In this document: piece after piece, positions 10,361 through 20,418 of the stretch
Position numbering within the stretch: the stretch's first letter is position 1
Layout: every line of letters begins with the position of its first letter
NCBI GenBank assembly: GCA_900553185.1
Contig: USCT01000009.1
Coordinates: 677 to 64,676, forward strand
Source: an uncultured Bacteroides sp.
Lineage (GTDB): Bacteria; Bacteroidota; Bacteroidia; Bacteroidales; Bacteroidaceae
Length of the DNA: 64,000 bases
Direction of reading: 5' to 3'
Notes under the pieces: generated by a model
The model's database searches: none
Told to the model about the DNA's origin: nothing
The model's input: the letters and a program-made list of their open reading frames with translations, nothing else
Made by a program: the position numbers and the translations under genes

Positions 10361-10570
10361 TCATTCATCCGGTTTGTATTCCAGCAAATCGCCCGGCTGA
10401 CAGTCGAGCTCCTTACAGATAGCCTCCAAGGTAGAAAAGCGTATCGCCTTGGCTTTTCCGGTTTTCAGGATGGAAAGGTTAGCCGGTGTAAGGTCAATTC
10501 TCTCCGCAAGCTCTCCCAGCGAAATTTTCCGTTTCGCCATCATCACATCTAGATTTACGATAATCGGCAT
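10361..10570 (-). CDS. Cro/C1-type HTH regulator (YozG/HTH_26 family)
   Basis: MPIIVNLDVMMAKRK...NLSILKTGKAKAIRFSTL...CQPGDLL. Confidence 0.92.
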   Translation of the reverse strand: MPIIVNLDVMMAKRKISLGELAERIDLTPANLSILKTGKAKAIRFSTLEAICKELDCQPGDLLEYKPDE

Positions 10571-10581
10571 AATGATTCAGT

Positions 10582-10845
10582 TTAATTTCCGTTTTCTTTC
10601 TTGTCTTCTTCCCACACATCCCACCAGCAGGTATAACGCCTGATCAGCAGACGATGCAGGTACATCCCACCATAAATCATCCCCATCATAACCAGTATCT
10701 GGTTAAAGTTTGTCTCTATCTGCGGCTCGACAAACAACCAGTAGATGATGGTCAACAGCATCAAAGTAAGCATCGTAGTCAGAATAATACCGGCTGCCGC
10801 CTTCCATTTAGCACATCGTTTCATAGCTTTCATCCTTACATTCAA
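10582..10845 (-). CDS. Small two-TM membrane protein
   Basis: Two hydrophobic segments; tight operon spacing. Confidence 0.6.
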   Translation of the reverse strand: MNVRMKAMKRCAKWKAAAGIILTTMLTLMLLTIIYWLFVEPQIETNFNQILVMMGMIYGGMYLHRLLIRRYTCWWDVWEEDKKENGN

Positions 10846-10847
10846 AT

Positions 10848-11462
10848 TTAAATGGTCAAATCATTTTCTTCCTTCAACCGGATAGCTACCACGAAAACTT
10901 CGGTAAGCAGTATCAAAACAGCCATATACATCCAACTGAAATCAAAAGGAGAAACCGCCTGAATCGTATATCCTGGTATTTTCAGTTGTACGATAGCATC
11001 CTGCGTTTCACTCCACATCTGAAAATATTTAGCGATATGGTAAAAAACAATGCTATAAATACTCCATCGCATACGACGAATATTGAGAGGAGAAAAAATA
11101 TCTTTTCGTACGACCGAAATCAACACCCGTATCAGACAATAAAATCCATATAACGAAGCCAAGCCGGTAATAGCCAATAAGACATTAGCAAAAATCGTCA
11201 TGCCACTGATTGAGACGTAAGAACGGCATTGAGTAAAACCAGCCGGAACAGAGACACCAATCTGCGGATTAACCAGACTTACTGCAGTATCGGGTAATAC
11301 ATCAAACGTCACAGGAGTAGCTTTATCATAACCCGAATCTGTGCGTTCCATACTGATTGAAGCAAATTCGTCCACTTCATTCCAGCCATCTTTAAAACCT
11401 CCTACAAATTCAAATAACATAGCTAATAAAGCTATCAATCCTAAAATCTTAAAAGTTTTCAT
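10848..11462 (-). CDS. DUF2975 membrane protein
   Basis: IFSPLNIRRMR and C-terminal EVF...LKEENDLTI; upstream of HTH_26 gene. Confidence 0.88.
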   Translation of the reverse strand: MKTFKILGLIALLAMLFEFVGGFKDGWNEVDEFASISMERTDSGYDKATPVTFDVLPDTAVSLVNPQIGVSVPAGFTQCRSYVSISGMTIFANVLLAITGLASLYGFYCLIRVLISVVRKDIFSPLNIRRMRWSIYSIVFYHIAKYFQMWSETQDAIVQLKIPGYTIQAVSPFDFSWMYMAVLILLTEVFVVAIRLKEENDLTI

Positions 11463-11467
11463 CGTGT

Positions 11468-12313
11468 TTATTTGTTTTGAATGAATACATTTTCATCGCT
11501 TTGACTCGCCACCATCTCAGCCTCGTGCCAAACTGCCGGCCGGGTAATCAGCTTCTTCTGGAACAGGTAGACACAGAGTACAGTGACTACAGCTCCTGCC
11601 ACCGCCATCCAGGCAGCACCCTGCGGACCGTATTCAGAAACCATGGTAGCGTCCGGATTATCGGTAAGCAGAAAACCGATAACTGCTGTGCTGTTATTGA
11701 CAAAGTGCATCAGGATACCGGGAAGCAGACTGCCGGTACGATAATACATCCACCCCAACGCCAGTCCGATAACGAAGGCGAAAGGAGCCTGTACCCAGTT
11801 TCCGTGTACCAGACCGAACACCAACGAAGAGAAGACAATGGCACCTGCCGGATGCTTCCACTTACGGAGCAAATGACCTTCGATGGCTCCGCGGAACAGA
11901 AGCTCTTCCACAATCGGCGCCATGATGACAACGGCTATGATTCCCAACGGATGACGCATCATCATTTCAAGAGCCTCCTGCATGCTGTTTGGCAAATCGG
12001 CCAGTTCACTCAGATAGTTGCTCCATAGTCCCATAGCCAGAATGAATACAACCGAAGTCACCAGCACTTTCAAGGAACTGTGATACCCCCAGGTCTTCCG
12101 GTCGAGCGGTACATATTTTCCGGCCAGCAGATGAATGCCCATAGCCGCCGTAGAAAGTATCTGTGCCAGCAAAATAAGTGAAGTATACGTACTGTCAGAT
12201 GTCTGAGGTACCTCGTAAACACCCGTGAAAATCATGTATCCACTGATAAATACCCCCATAAAAGCCAACTGGTAGGCAAAGAAATACAATAATAGTTTAA
12301 TAGTGCGTCCCAT
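11468..12313 (-). CDS. CPBP (Abi/CAAX) intramembrane metalloprotease
   Basis: EELLFRG, FGLVH, HFVNN motifs. Confidence 0.92.
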   Translation of the reverse strand: MGRTIKLLLYFFAYQLAFMGVFISGYMIFTGVYEVPQTSDSTYTSLILLAQILSTAAMGIHLLAGKYVPLDRKTWGYHSSLKVLVTSVVFILAMGLWSNYLSELADLPNSMQEALEMMMRHPLGIIAVVIMAPIVEELLFRGAIEGHLLRKWKHPAGAIVFSSLVFGLVHGNWVQAPFAFVIGLALGWMYYRTGSLLPGILMHFVNNSTAVIGFLLTDNPDATMVSEYGPQGAAWMAVAGAVVTVLCVYLFQKKLITRPAVWHEAEMVASQSDENVFIQNK

Positions 12314-12333
12314 AATCGTTTAATGTTTAATGG

Positions 12334-12780
12334 TTAGAATAACTGGTTGTCTGTCATCTCTTGGAGTGTTGAAGCTGTATGCCACGTCAGCAACGTACGA
12401 TCACTGCCGATACAATAGATACTCTGCCGACGGTTCCGTCCGAAACTGCGACGTGTCTCATCCCATTCGGCATAATCCATGATGTGGAGAGAATCTTCCG
12501 AAGTCATCGTCAACAGATAGGCGGGTCTCCACATCCGGCTCTCCGCCTGCCACCGGTATGCCTTCTTCACGGTCCTGTTTCCCAAACTGTCATACTGATA
12601 TTCATATTTCCATCTGGGAGTCAGCGTTTTGCCGTCTTCGTTCAAGGTAGATACCGTCAAGGTATCCCGATTTTCTCCGTAAACGAATGTTTCTTTTGCA
12701 TTTGCACTTGCGGCTGTCAATGTCATCAAGGCGGCAGCGATAACTGCCACGAATGTTCTTGTAACGGATGTCTTTTTCAT
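12334..12780 (-). CDS. Secreted DUF3836-like protein
   Basis: Signal peptide MKKTSVTRTF...ANA; KYEYQYD...KKAYRW; start at ATG 12780 downstream of the promoter. Confidence 0.7.
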   Translation of the reverse strand: MKKTSVTRTFVAVIAAALMTLTAASANAKETFVYGENRDTLTVSTLNEDGKTLTPRWKYEYQYDSLGNRTVKKAYRWQAESRMWRPAYLLTMTSEDSLHIMDYAEWDETRRSFGRNRRQSIYCIGSDRTLLTWHTASTLQEMTDNQLF

Positions 12781-12830
12781 AAGGCTTTGTGTTTGATGTT
12801 TTATTACTCGTGTTTGTTTTCGATAAATAT

Positions 12831-12912
12831 TTATCGTTTTTCGATATGCAAATGTAGGCATTAATTTTGAACTACCAAAGAAAAACAGAAATAATTTATC
12901 GTTTTTCGATAA
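12831..12912 (-). promoter_or_regulatory. Two TTATCG-N5-CGATA(A) operators flanking a -7 box
   Basis: 12831-12847 and perfect palindrome 12896-12912; TACATTTG (minus) at 12849-12856. Confidence 0.7.
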
Positions 12913-13093
12913 AATATTACTTAGAAACAAGAAATCCATCCATCAAACAAATCCATATAGACAACAAGTACGGCAAAAGGAGAAAATTCCTATCCGAAAT
13001 AGGAATCTCCATACCTTACAATAGGGGTTTACCGTCTTCCAGAACGTTTTCATTTTATATTTTTGTCATACACAACAAAAAACCAAAATTCGT

Positions 13094-14038
13094 ATGAAGA
13101 ACCTGATACTGACAACAACCTTGACAGCCCTGCTGTCTACCCTGACCGGCTGCGGAATCTATGACACAGCCAACCAGCGTTCCCAACTGATGGGAAACCT
13201 TCACGAGGGAATGACCCAAGAAGAAGTGGTCGCTACATTGGGAAAACCGGAATTCCGGCGTTTCAACAACGGAACCGAGCAATGGGAATACCACAAGACG
13301 CACATAGGAGGCGAGAAGACCGTCATTGTCCTGGACTTCCAGGACAGGAAAGTCATCGCACTCGATTCTTACGACGGTACCTTTCCACCTGTAACAGCTG
13401 TTCCACCGATAGCCACTTATCCCCCCTATCCCGAAAATCAAGGATATCCGTTATCTTCGCAAAGCTGGTTCGACATCCTTTACCGGCAGGTAAAGGCAGA
13501 ACCGTTTAAAGACAACCGCCTGAAGTTGCTGGACAATGCGGCTAACCGCTACCGGTTCACCTGCGGCGAAGTAGCCGATTTGCTGAAACTCTTCAGTTTC
13601 GACGACGAACGGCTGGAAGCACTGGAAATCCTGCAGCCTGCCATATCCAGTTACCGGGACAGCGACAAAATCATAGACAGCATGACATTCATCTCCGGAG
13701 AAAAGAAAGCGAGAGAAATACTGACCAGAAGATACCAGCCCCAATACCCTTCTACAGAAAAAGACATAGACTATATATATAATAAGGTGAAGAATGCGTT
13801 TCCTTCCTCCGAACAACTTGCTACGCTTCGCAGAGAAGTACAAAACAAACGGCTAACGTGCAACCAATGTGTCCGGCTCCTGTCCATCTGCGATTTCGAC
13901 AAGGAACGCCTGGAGTTTCTGAAAATTCTGGCCCCCCGCATCAAAGACTACCAGCACCAGCAATCCATTCTCGACGCATTCACTTTCTCTTCAGGGAAAA
14001 AGGATGCCCAGAACATTCTGGACCAGCACTGTCGCTGA
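13094..14038 (+). CDS. Lipoprotein with SmpA/OmlA-like domain and two DUF4476-like repeats
   Basis: LTGC lipobox; GMTQEEVVATLGKP...EQWEY; two internal repeats (F.D.ERLE.L.IL.P.I...TF.SG.K.A..IL). Confidence 0.8.
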   Translation: MKNLILTTTLTALLSTLTGCGIYDTANQRSQLMGNLHEGMTQEEVVATLGKPEFRRFNNGTEQWEYHKTHIGGEKTVIVLDFQDRKVIALDSYDGTFPPVTAVPPIATYPPYPENQGYPLSSQSWFDILYRQVKAEPFKDNRLKLLDNAANRYRFTCGEVADLLKLFSFDDERLEALEILQPAISSYRDSDKIIDSMTFISGEKKAREILTRRYQPQYPSTEKDIDYIYNKVKNAFPSSEQLATLRREVQNKRLTCNQCVRLLSICDFDKERLEFLKILAPRIKDYQHQQSILDAFTFSSGKKDAQNILDQHCR

Positions 14039-14039
14039 A

Positions 14040-14146
14040 ACGAACGTCCGTTTTCCTAAAAACATGAGTATATGTCCATCAATTCGTCCGTTCGTCTGAA
14101 GTAAAATGTCCGTTCGTTTCAGTTCAAACATCCGTTCGTTTTTCCG
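14040..14146. repeat. REP-like GTCCGTTCGT repeats, three at 22-bp period
   Basis: Cores start at 14086, 14108, 14130, with a further core at 14046. Confidence 0.65.
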
Positions 14147-14245
14147 ACCTCGATCATACGGACCGGAAAGCCGGAACATATACCTTATTTTTCCGGCCCC
14201 AGCGTGCCTAAACAACATCGGAAACGCACATTATGGCGCAAGGAC

Positions 14246-14337
14246 TGACAAAAATGTCAAGTACTGCCAGCCGTCAAGGTCAGAATGTCAGTCTTCTTTT
14301 CCGGAAATCGGGCAAAAACGTTTGGCACAGCATTTGT
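14246..14337 (+). promoter_or_regulatory. sigma54-type promoter and upstream palindrome for dnaK
   Basis: TGGCAC-AGCAT-TTGT at 14323-14337; TGACA-AAAA-TGTCA at 14246-14259. Confidence 0.6.
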
Positions 14338-14408
14338 TTATAATAAGACGTAATGCTTCGGCATTACAGAATAAACTTATTAGATAATAAATAAAAATAG
14401 ATACAATT

Positions 14409-16334
14409 ATGGGAAAGATTATTGGTATTGACTTAGGAACTACAAACTCATGTGTAGCAGTATTCGAAGGTAATGAACCTGTAGTAATCGCTAACAGCGA
14501 AGGTAAACGTACTACTCCTTCTGTAGTAGGTTTCGTTGACGGTGGTGAACGTAAAGTAGGTGATCCTGCAAAACGTCAGGCCATTACAAACCCGAAACGT
14601 ACGGTATACTCCATCAAACGTTTCATGGGTGAAACTTACGATCAGGTTCAGAAAGAAATCGCCCGTGTACCTTACTCAGTAGTAAGAGGCGACAACAATA
14701 CTCCACGTGTAGACATCGACGGACGTCTGTATACTCCGCAGGAAATTTCAGCCATGATTCTTCAGAAAATGAAGAAAACAGCCGAAGATTATCTGGGTCA
14801 GGAAGTAACAGAAGCTGTCATCACAGTTCCGGCATACTTCTCAGACTCACAGCGTCAGGCTACCAAAGAAGCCGGTCAGATCGCGGGTCTGGATGTAAAA
14901 CGTATTGTAAACGAGCCGACTGCCGCAGCCTTGGCTTACGGTGTAGATAAGGCCAACAAAGATATGAAGATCGCCGTATTCGACCTGGGTGGTGGTACAT
15001 TCGATATTTCTATCCTGGAATTCGGTGGCGGTGTATTCGAGGTTTTGTCAACCAACGGTGATACTCACCTGGGTGGTGATGATTTCGACCAGGTTATCAT
15101 CGACTGGCTGGTACAGGAATTCAAGAACGACGAAGGTGCTGACTTGACAACCGATCCGATGGCTATGCAACGTCTGAAGGAAGCTGCTGAAAAGGCCAAG
15201 ATTGAATTGTCTTCTTCTACATCAACTGAAATCAACCTGCCGTACATCATGCCGGTAGCCGGTGTTCCTAAACACTTGGTTAAGACATTGACCCGTGCCA
15301 AATTCGAAGCTTTGGCTCACAACTTGATCCAGGCTTGTCTGGAACCATGTAAGAAAGCCATGAGCGATGCAGGTCTGAACAATGCCGACATCGACGAAGT
15401 AATCCTGGTAGGTGGTTCTTCTCGTATACCGGCCGTACAGAAACTAGTAGAGGAATTCTTCGGAAAAGCTCCGTCAAAAGGTGTAAACCCGGACGAAGTA
15501 GTAGCCGTAGGTGCTTGTATTCAGGGTGCCGTATTGAACAAGGAAGCCGGTGTAGGCGACATCGTATTGCTGGATGTTACTCCGTTGTCAATGGGTATTG
15601 AGACCATGGGTGGCGTAATGACCAAACTGATTGATGCCAACACGACTATTCCGTGCAAGAAGAGTGAGATCTTCTCTACCGCAGCCGATAACCAGACAGA
15701 AGTTACCATCCACGTATTGCAGGGTGAACGTCCGATGGCCGCTCAGAACAAGTCAATCGGTCAGTTCAACTTGACAGGTATCGCTCCGGCCCGTCGTGGT
15801 GTTCCACAAATCGAAGTTACTTTCGATATTGATGCCAACGGTATCTTGAAGGTTTCTGCCAAGGATAAGGCTACCGGTAAGGAACAGGCTATCCGTATCG
15901 AAGCTTCATCCGGCTTGAGCAAGGAAGAAATCGACCGTATGAAAGCTGAGGCAGAAGCCAACGCAGAAGCTGATAAGAAAGAAAAGGAACGTATCGACAA
16001 ACTGAACCAGGCAGACAGCTTGATCTTCACTACTGAAAATCAGTTGAAAGACCTTGGCGATAAGATTCCGGCTGACAAGAAAGCTCCGATTGAAGCTGCT
16101 CTGCAGAAACTGAAAGACGCCCACAAGGCTCAGGATCTGGCCGGTATCGATGCTGCAAGCGCTGACCTCCAGACTGCATTCCAGGCTGCAAGCGCTGAAA
16201 TGTATGCTCAGACAGGTGCTCAAGGTGGCGCACAGGCTGGTCCTAATGCCGGTCAGGCAAACAGCAACGCTGGACAGAGTTCAAGCAAGAACAACGACAA
16301 CGTACAGGATGCCGACTTCGAGGAAGTGAAATAA
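14409..16334 (+). CDS. dnaK: Chaperone DnaK
   Basis: [25 protein letters not shown]. Confidence 0.99.
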   Translation: MGKIIGIDLGTTNSCVAVFEGNEPVVIANSEGKRTTPSVVGFVDGGERKVGDPAKRQAITNPKRTVYSIKRFMGETYDQVQKEIARVPYSVVRGDNNTPRVDIDGRLYTPQEISAMILQKMKKTAEDYLGQEVTEAVITVPAYFSDSQRQATKEAGQIAGLDVKRIVNEPTAAALAYGVDKANKDMKIAVFDLGGGTFDISILEFGGGVFEVLSTNGDTHLGGDDFDQVIIDWLVQEFKNDEGADLTTDPMAMQRLKEAAEKAKIELSSSTSTEINLPYIMPVAGVPKHLVKTLTRAKFEALAHNLIQACLEPCKKAMSDAGLNNADIDEVILVGGSSRIPAVQKLVEEFFGKAPSKGVNPDEVVAVGACIQGAVLNKEAGVGDIVLLDVTPLSMGIETMGGVMTKLIDANTTIPCKKSEIFSTAADNQTEVTIHVLQGERPMAAQNKSIGQFNLTGIAPARRGVPQIEVTFDIDANGILKVSAKDKATGKEQAIRIEASSGLSKEEIDRMKAEAEANAEADKKEKERIDKLNQADSLIFTTENQLKDLGDKIPADKKAPIEAALQKLKDAHKAQDLAGIDAASADLQTAFQAASAEMYAQTGAQGGAQAGPNAGQANSNAGQSSSKNNDNVQDADFEEVK

Positions 16335-16358
16335 GTCAAACACATAATAACTGAAGAT

Positions 16359-16400
16359 AACTCTGTATGGCCCAATCGGGTTATACAGAGTTTCTTTTTT
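16359..16400. terminator. Terminator after dnaK
   Basis: AACTCTGTAT...ATACAGAGTT followed by a T-run. Confidence 0.75.
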
Positions 16401-19400
16401 ATATTGCTTTTACATAATATGGCATGACTGGCTCCTCCAATTTCCATGTAACATTCATTGGAAAATCGCCATGAGAGGAAACATAATTGACTAAACCAAA
16501 ACAGTGGAAAGGACTCGTATTACCATAGCCGTCTTTCTTGTTTTCACGAACAAACAATAAAATCTTACGTTGTGTTTCCATCTGGTGGATATATCGTTTT
16601 CCTCCCTCATTTTGATGGGAATCAAAATTCCAGGACTGCCAATGGAATAAATTCTCATTGATTACATAATCATTGTATTGAGTGGTTGGAGAAAAATCCT
16701 TGTCTGACTTGTTTAGGGTTACAAATAACAAAGAAGCATTGTGTTCCGGTAAATGAAAAGCTCCAGTTGCTGTACCCTGCATTTTCTTTTTTGCAGTCTG
16801 ACGTCCAACCAACATAAAAACCTCCTCACGTGTATAACAGCCATATACCTCCATTTGTGGACAAAACAAATTATGCAACGGAATAGTCTTGATTTGCAAA
16901 TGTTCCAGCAAATATGATACTATTTCTTTAATCTCCTGATTAAAATATTTGTATTTATCCGTCTGGAGTAAAGAAAGTGCATCATAAATGCTATTAAAAC
17001 CGGATTTATCCAACTTATCAGAAAACAAAGCATAATATAACATCAATGCATAAGTTTCATTTTCTTGTTTAAGAAATTCACCGTTACCATTTACGAATCT
17101 TTGAACAAAATGCAAGAAGTTAGCCGTATTATGATGTATCAAATTTGAAACTCCTTTCTCTAAGCGTTTAGTTATATGATCATCAATATAGTTAATCTTT
17201 CCAGCTGCACGTTTTAATGATGTCCAACAATTTGAACCTTGATATAATATACGAATGTCCTGGCCATTATTATCAAGAAATTGTGAGATTGTCGGTATGA
17301 TTTCGCTATAATTGTTTATTTCACGTATTATTCTCGTCTTATTATAAATTGCACTTTGAATATTATCCAATATATATTGACGAGCCAATTTCTCCATAAT
17401 AATGCTACACCCATTAGGCAGCATTGTAAAACCATCTTCTATTTGTTTCCTTATGTTTTTATCAGAATTAAGTGTCAAAGCTCTGAAGCGACTGGCAAAA
17501 TCATATTTACGATTTACTTGTGCAACAAAATCCAACACCGTAAGCTCTGTCTTACCTACAGATAAACGGAGTCCTCGTCCTAACTGTTGTAAGAATATTG
17601 TTAAACTATCCGTAGGACGCAAAAAAAGTACAGTATCCACTTCTGGAATATCAATACCTTCATTGAAAACATCAACAACACATAAATAGTGAATATCCCC
17701 CTCACGCAAATCTTTCGTCAGTTTTCTACGGACATCATTTGGGGTATCTGAAGTAAGGCTATGTGCATTAAAGCCATATAGAGACAATTGCTTAGCCATA
17801 AAATCCGCATGTTTTTTGTTTACACAAAAACAAAGTGCACGACATGTATATTCATCAGCCAAATACTTATGTAATGCATCTACTATTCTGCCTACACGCT
17901 CTTTATTACATAACCTGTCAGACAATCTTTCTACATTATATTTATTTCCACTCCACAATGAATCATCTGAAAGATCTGTATTGTCGGTTATACATAAATA
18001 CTGGAATGGAGTCAATAATCCTGCTTGCAAAGCTTGAGGAAGACGTATTTCAGCGCTGATATGTCCTCCGAAATCAGGACGTAAATCACGACCATCCATA
18101 CGCTCAGGAGTAGCTGTAAGACCGATTAATATTTGTGGACTAAAATGAGTTAATAATTTCCTATAACTATCAGCCTGACTATGATGAGCCTCATCGATGA
18201 CTATGTAATCGTAATAATCTTTATCAAGTAAAGAGAAAAATTCATCATATTTTGAGTTAAACATTGAAATGGAGACAAATAAATTCTCGTATTCATCCTC
18301 ATTCTGCGGACGATATCCTCCAACCCACAAAGAACCAAAGTTCATATCTCTCAAAACACTCCTGTAAGTATTCAATGCCTGGCAAAGAATTTCCTCTCTA
18401 TGTGCTGTAAACAAGATACGGCCGCGCGAATGTGTTCTTTTAAAATTTTGATAATCAAAAGCTGAAATGACTGTTTTTCCAGTACCGGTAGCTGCGACTA
18501 TAAGATTTCTATAGTTATGATTTTCGTCTCTCTCTACACTAAGCTTATCTAAAATCTGTTTCTGATGTGGAAGTAATGTAAAATGATGATAAACAGTTTC
18601 TTCCTGACGATTCCTAAATAAATTACGATTTATCTCTTTATTAAATTTATCTATACCTCCAATTCTAATATCTTCAAAATTTGGACTGTTCCAATACATA
18701 TCAAAAGTGGCTAAAGCTGTCTTGATTATGTGTGGATTTTCTATATTCGTTACGCGAATGTTCCATTCCAAACCATCAGTTTGAGCTGATTTAGATAGGT
18801 TTGATGAACCTATATATGCCGTATTCATGCCAGAATTTCTTAAAAATATATATGACTTAGCATGAAGACGTTCTATATCTGTGTTATAAGAAATACGAAT
18901 CTCAGTATTGGGAAGTTCCAACAATTGTTCAATTGCTTTAGACTGAGTAACTCCGCAGTAAGTAGTAGTGATAATTCTTAAACGACTTCTTTCTTTTTGA
19001 GTAAATTTCTTCAAGTCGTCCATTAAAATACGTATCCCTGAAACTTTTAAAAAAGAAACTATAAAACAGATCTCATCAGCACTAGCTATCTCCCGACGAA
19101 TTTCTTCTCCCAATGATAATGCGCTTCCACCACCAGTAAAAAGATTACTCACACGAAAACCACTCATTGGTCTAATTGTCTGCGATCTACTTTGGCTTTG
19201 AAAAAGATATTGCTGATGCGTCATAACTTCAGTCAATAGATTCTCATAATCGACTATCTGCATTTTCTCCAATAAACCGGCTTCTGATAAAATTTTGTTT
19301 ATCATATTCACACGGTCTTGTTGATCCTCTATTTCTTCCAATTTATTGCGAATCACTTTTGCCAAGTAATCAGCTAATATCTGGGGAGATTCTGCAGTGT

Positions 19401-19503
19401 CTATATTATTTTTCAAACAAACCAGATTCTCTGCTTCCGATTGTTTAATTTCTCCCCTTATCTCTTTATTAATAATATGTTCGTATATTCCTTTTTTCAG
19501 CAT
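16399..19503 (-). CDS. PLD-nuclease / SF2 helicase / DUF3427 protein (SauUSI-like type IV restriction enzyme)
   Basis: LHAKSY...GSSNLS (PLD), AATGTGKT, DEAH, TATPERMD, QQLGRGLR, C-terminal YNDY...FHWQS...LFVR; AT-rich. Confidence 0.85.
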   Translation of the reverse strand: MLKKGIYEHIINKEIRGEIKQSEAENLVCLKNNIDTAESPQILADYLAKVIRNKLEEIEDQQDRVNMINKILSEAGLLEKMQIVDYENLLTEVMTHQQYLFQSQSRSQTIRPMSGFRVSNLFTGGGSALSLGEEIRREIASADEICFIVSFLKVSGIRILMDDLKKFTQKERSRLRIITTTYCGVTQSKAIEQLLELPNTEIRISYNTDIERLHAKSYIFLRNSGMNTAYIGSSNLSKSAQTDGLEWNIRVTNIENPHIIKTALATFDMYWNSPNFEDIRIGGIDKFNKEINRNLFRNRQEETVYHHFTLLPHQKQILDKLSVERDENHNYRNLIVAATGTGKTVISAFDYQNFKRTHSRGRILFTAHREEILCQALNTYRSVLRDMNFGSLWVGGYRPQNEDEYENLFVSISMFNSKYDEFFSLLDKDYYDYIVIDEAHHSQADSYRKLLTHFSPQILIGLTATPERMDGRDLRPDFGGHISAEIRLPQALQAGLLTPFQYLCITDNTDLSDDSLWSGNKYNVERLSDRLCNKERVGRIVDALHKYLADEYTCRALCFCVNKKHADFMAKQLSLYGFNAHSLTSDTPNDVRRKLTKDLREGDIHYLCVVDVFNEGIDIPEVDTVLFLRPTDSLTIFLQQLGRGLRLSVGKTELTVLDFVAQVNRKYDFASRFRALTLNSDKNIRKQIEDGFTMLPNGCSIIMEKLARQYILDNIQSAIYNKTRIIREINNYSEIIPTISQFLDNNGQDIRILYQGSNCWTSLKRAAGKINYIDDHITKRLEKGVSNLIHHNTANFLHFVQRFVNGNGEFLKQENETYALMLYYALFSDKLDKSGFNSIYDALSLLQTDKYKYFNQEIKEIVSYLLEHLQIKTIPLHNLFCPQMEVYGCYTREEVFMLVGRQTAKKKMQGTATGAFHLPEHNASLLFVTLNKSDKDFSPTTQYNDYVINENLFHWQSWNFDSHQNEGGKRYIHQMETQRKILLFVRENKKDGYGNTSPFHCFGLVNYVSSHGDFPMNVTWKLEEPVMPYYVKAI

Positions 19504-19523
19504 AACAGTTTTAAATTATAAAT

Positions 19524-20076
19524 CTACTCAGGTTTTATTACAATACGCCAATAGCCACCGTGATCTGCTCCCTCTCTGACAAGCAATCCTTTGGCTTTTA
19601 AATTTGCGATCTGCATTTCAATGGCTCGTTTACTGACTCCTATTTTCTCCGCCATTTTATCTTGAGATATAAAACCGTCTGATATTACAAGGTCAAGAAT
19701 GCTTTGTGCAGTCCGTCCCAATCGCTTTTGTTTCACCGAAGATTTTTGCAAATCACCGAAGGTTTTCTCCGAACTTTCTTCATTTACAGGGTACTTTTCG
19801 AGGGTACTATTTACCCTGTTGGCAACTTCCTCAACAGGTATCCTTCCGTTTTCTCCCCAATTCAAATTATAGAATGTGGTATAGAAAGAAATTGCTTCCG
19901 TTTGATATTGTGGTTCTTTGCCCGGCAGGAAATTAGGCAGTTTCTCCGTAAGTTCCCGCATTTTCCTTAAAAGCCGACACGAATTTAAGCCATGACTTTA
20001 CTTTCTTACGCTCCAGCATTTCCTTGAAATCGTAAGACGAGCATTCCGCTATCAATGCATTGTTATGAATTTGCAT
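19524..20076 (-). pseudogene. Internally deleted AlbA_2 (Schlafen-like)-HATPase-HTH gene
   Basis: ATG 20076 gives MQIHNNALIAECSSYDFKEMLERKKVKSWLKFVSAF, then out of frame (stop 19933); the other frame resumes LRKMRELTEKLPN...wHTH (GADHGGYW). Confidence 0.75.
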
Positions 20077-20418
20077 CGTTTTCTTTTTGTTGTTCGGGTA
20101 TAAATCTCAGGTTATATATACAAAGGTAATGATAAAACCGGATATTCTGTTAAAATACTCCATTGATTTGATTATTATGTATTTATATCAAATAAATCCG
20201 TATTTTCGCAGTAAAGAGCTGTGGTTACTTATGGATGCTTATTTTAGGGTTTACGCTATATTTGCAACACGTTCACGCAAGTTGCTCATACAGATTTGAG
20301 GAAGGAAACGAACAGCAACAGAAACCATCCTGAAAACCGAAATAACCATCCGCACTTTCTGATAGAACCATAAAATTCCGTATCTTTAAGGCGTAAAAAC
20401 AAACAACATTCCATCAAT

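Noticed and set aside
12781..12939. Longer start for the DUF3836-like gene
   Set aside because: The extension spans the promoter and operators; the signal peptide begins at 12780
14040..14146. Possible mini CRISPR array
   Set aside because: Period is only 22 bp, repeats are degenerate, there are no spacer-length unique segments and no cas genes; treated as REP-like
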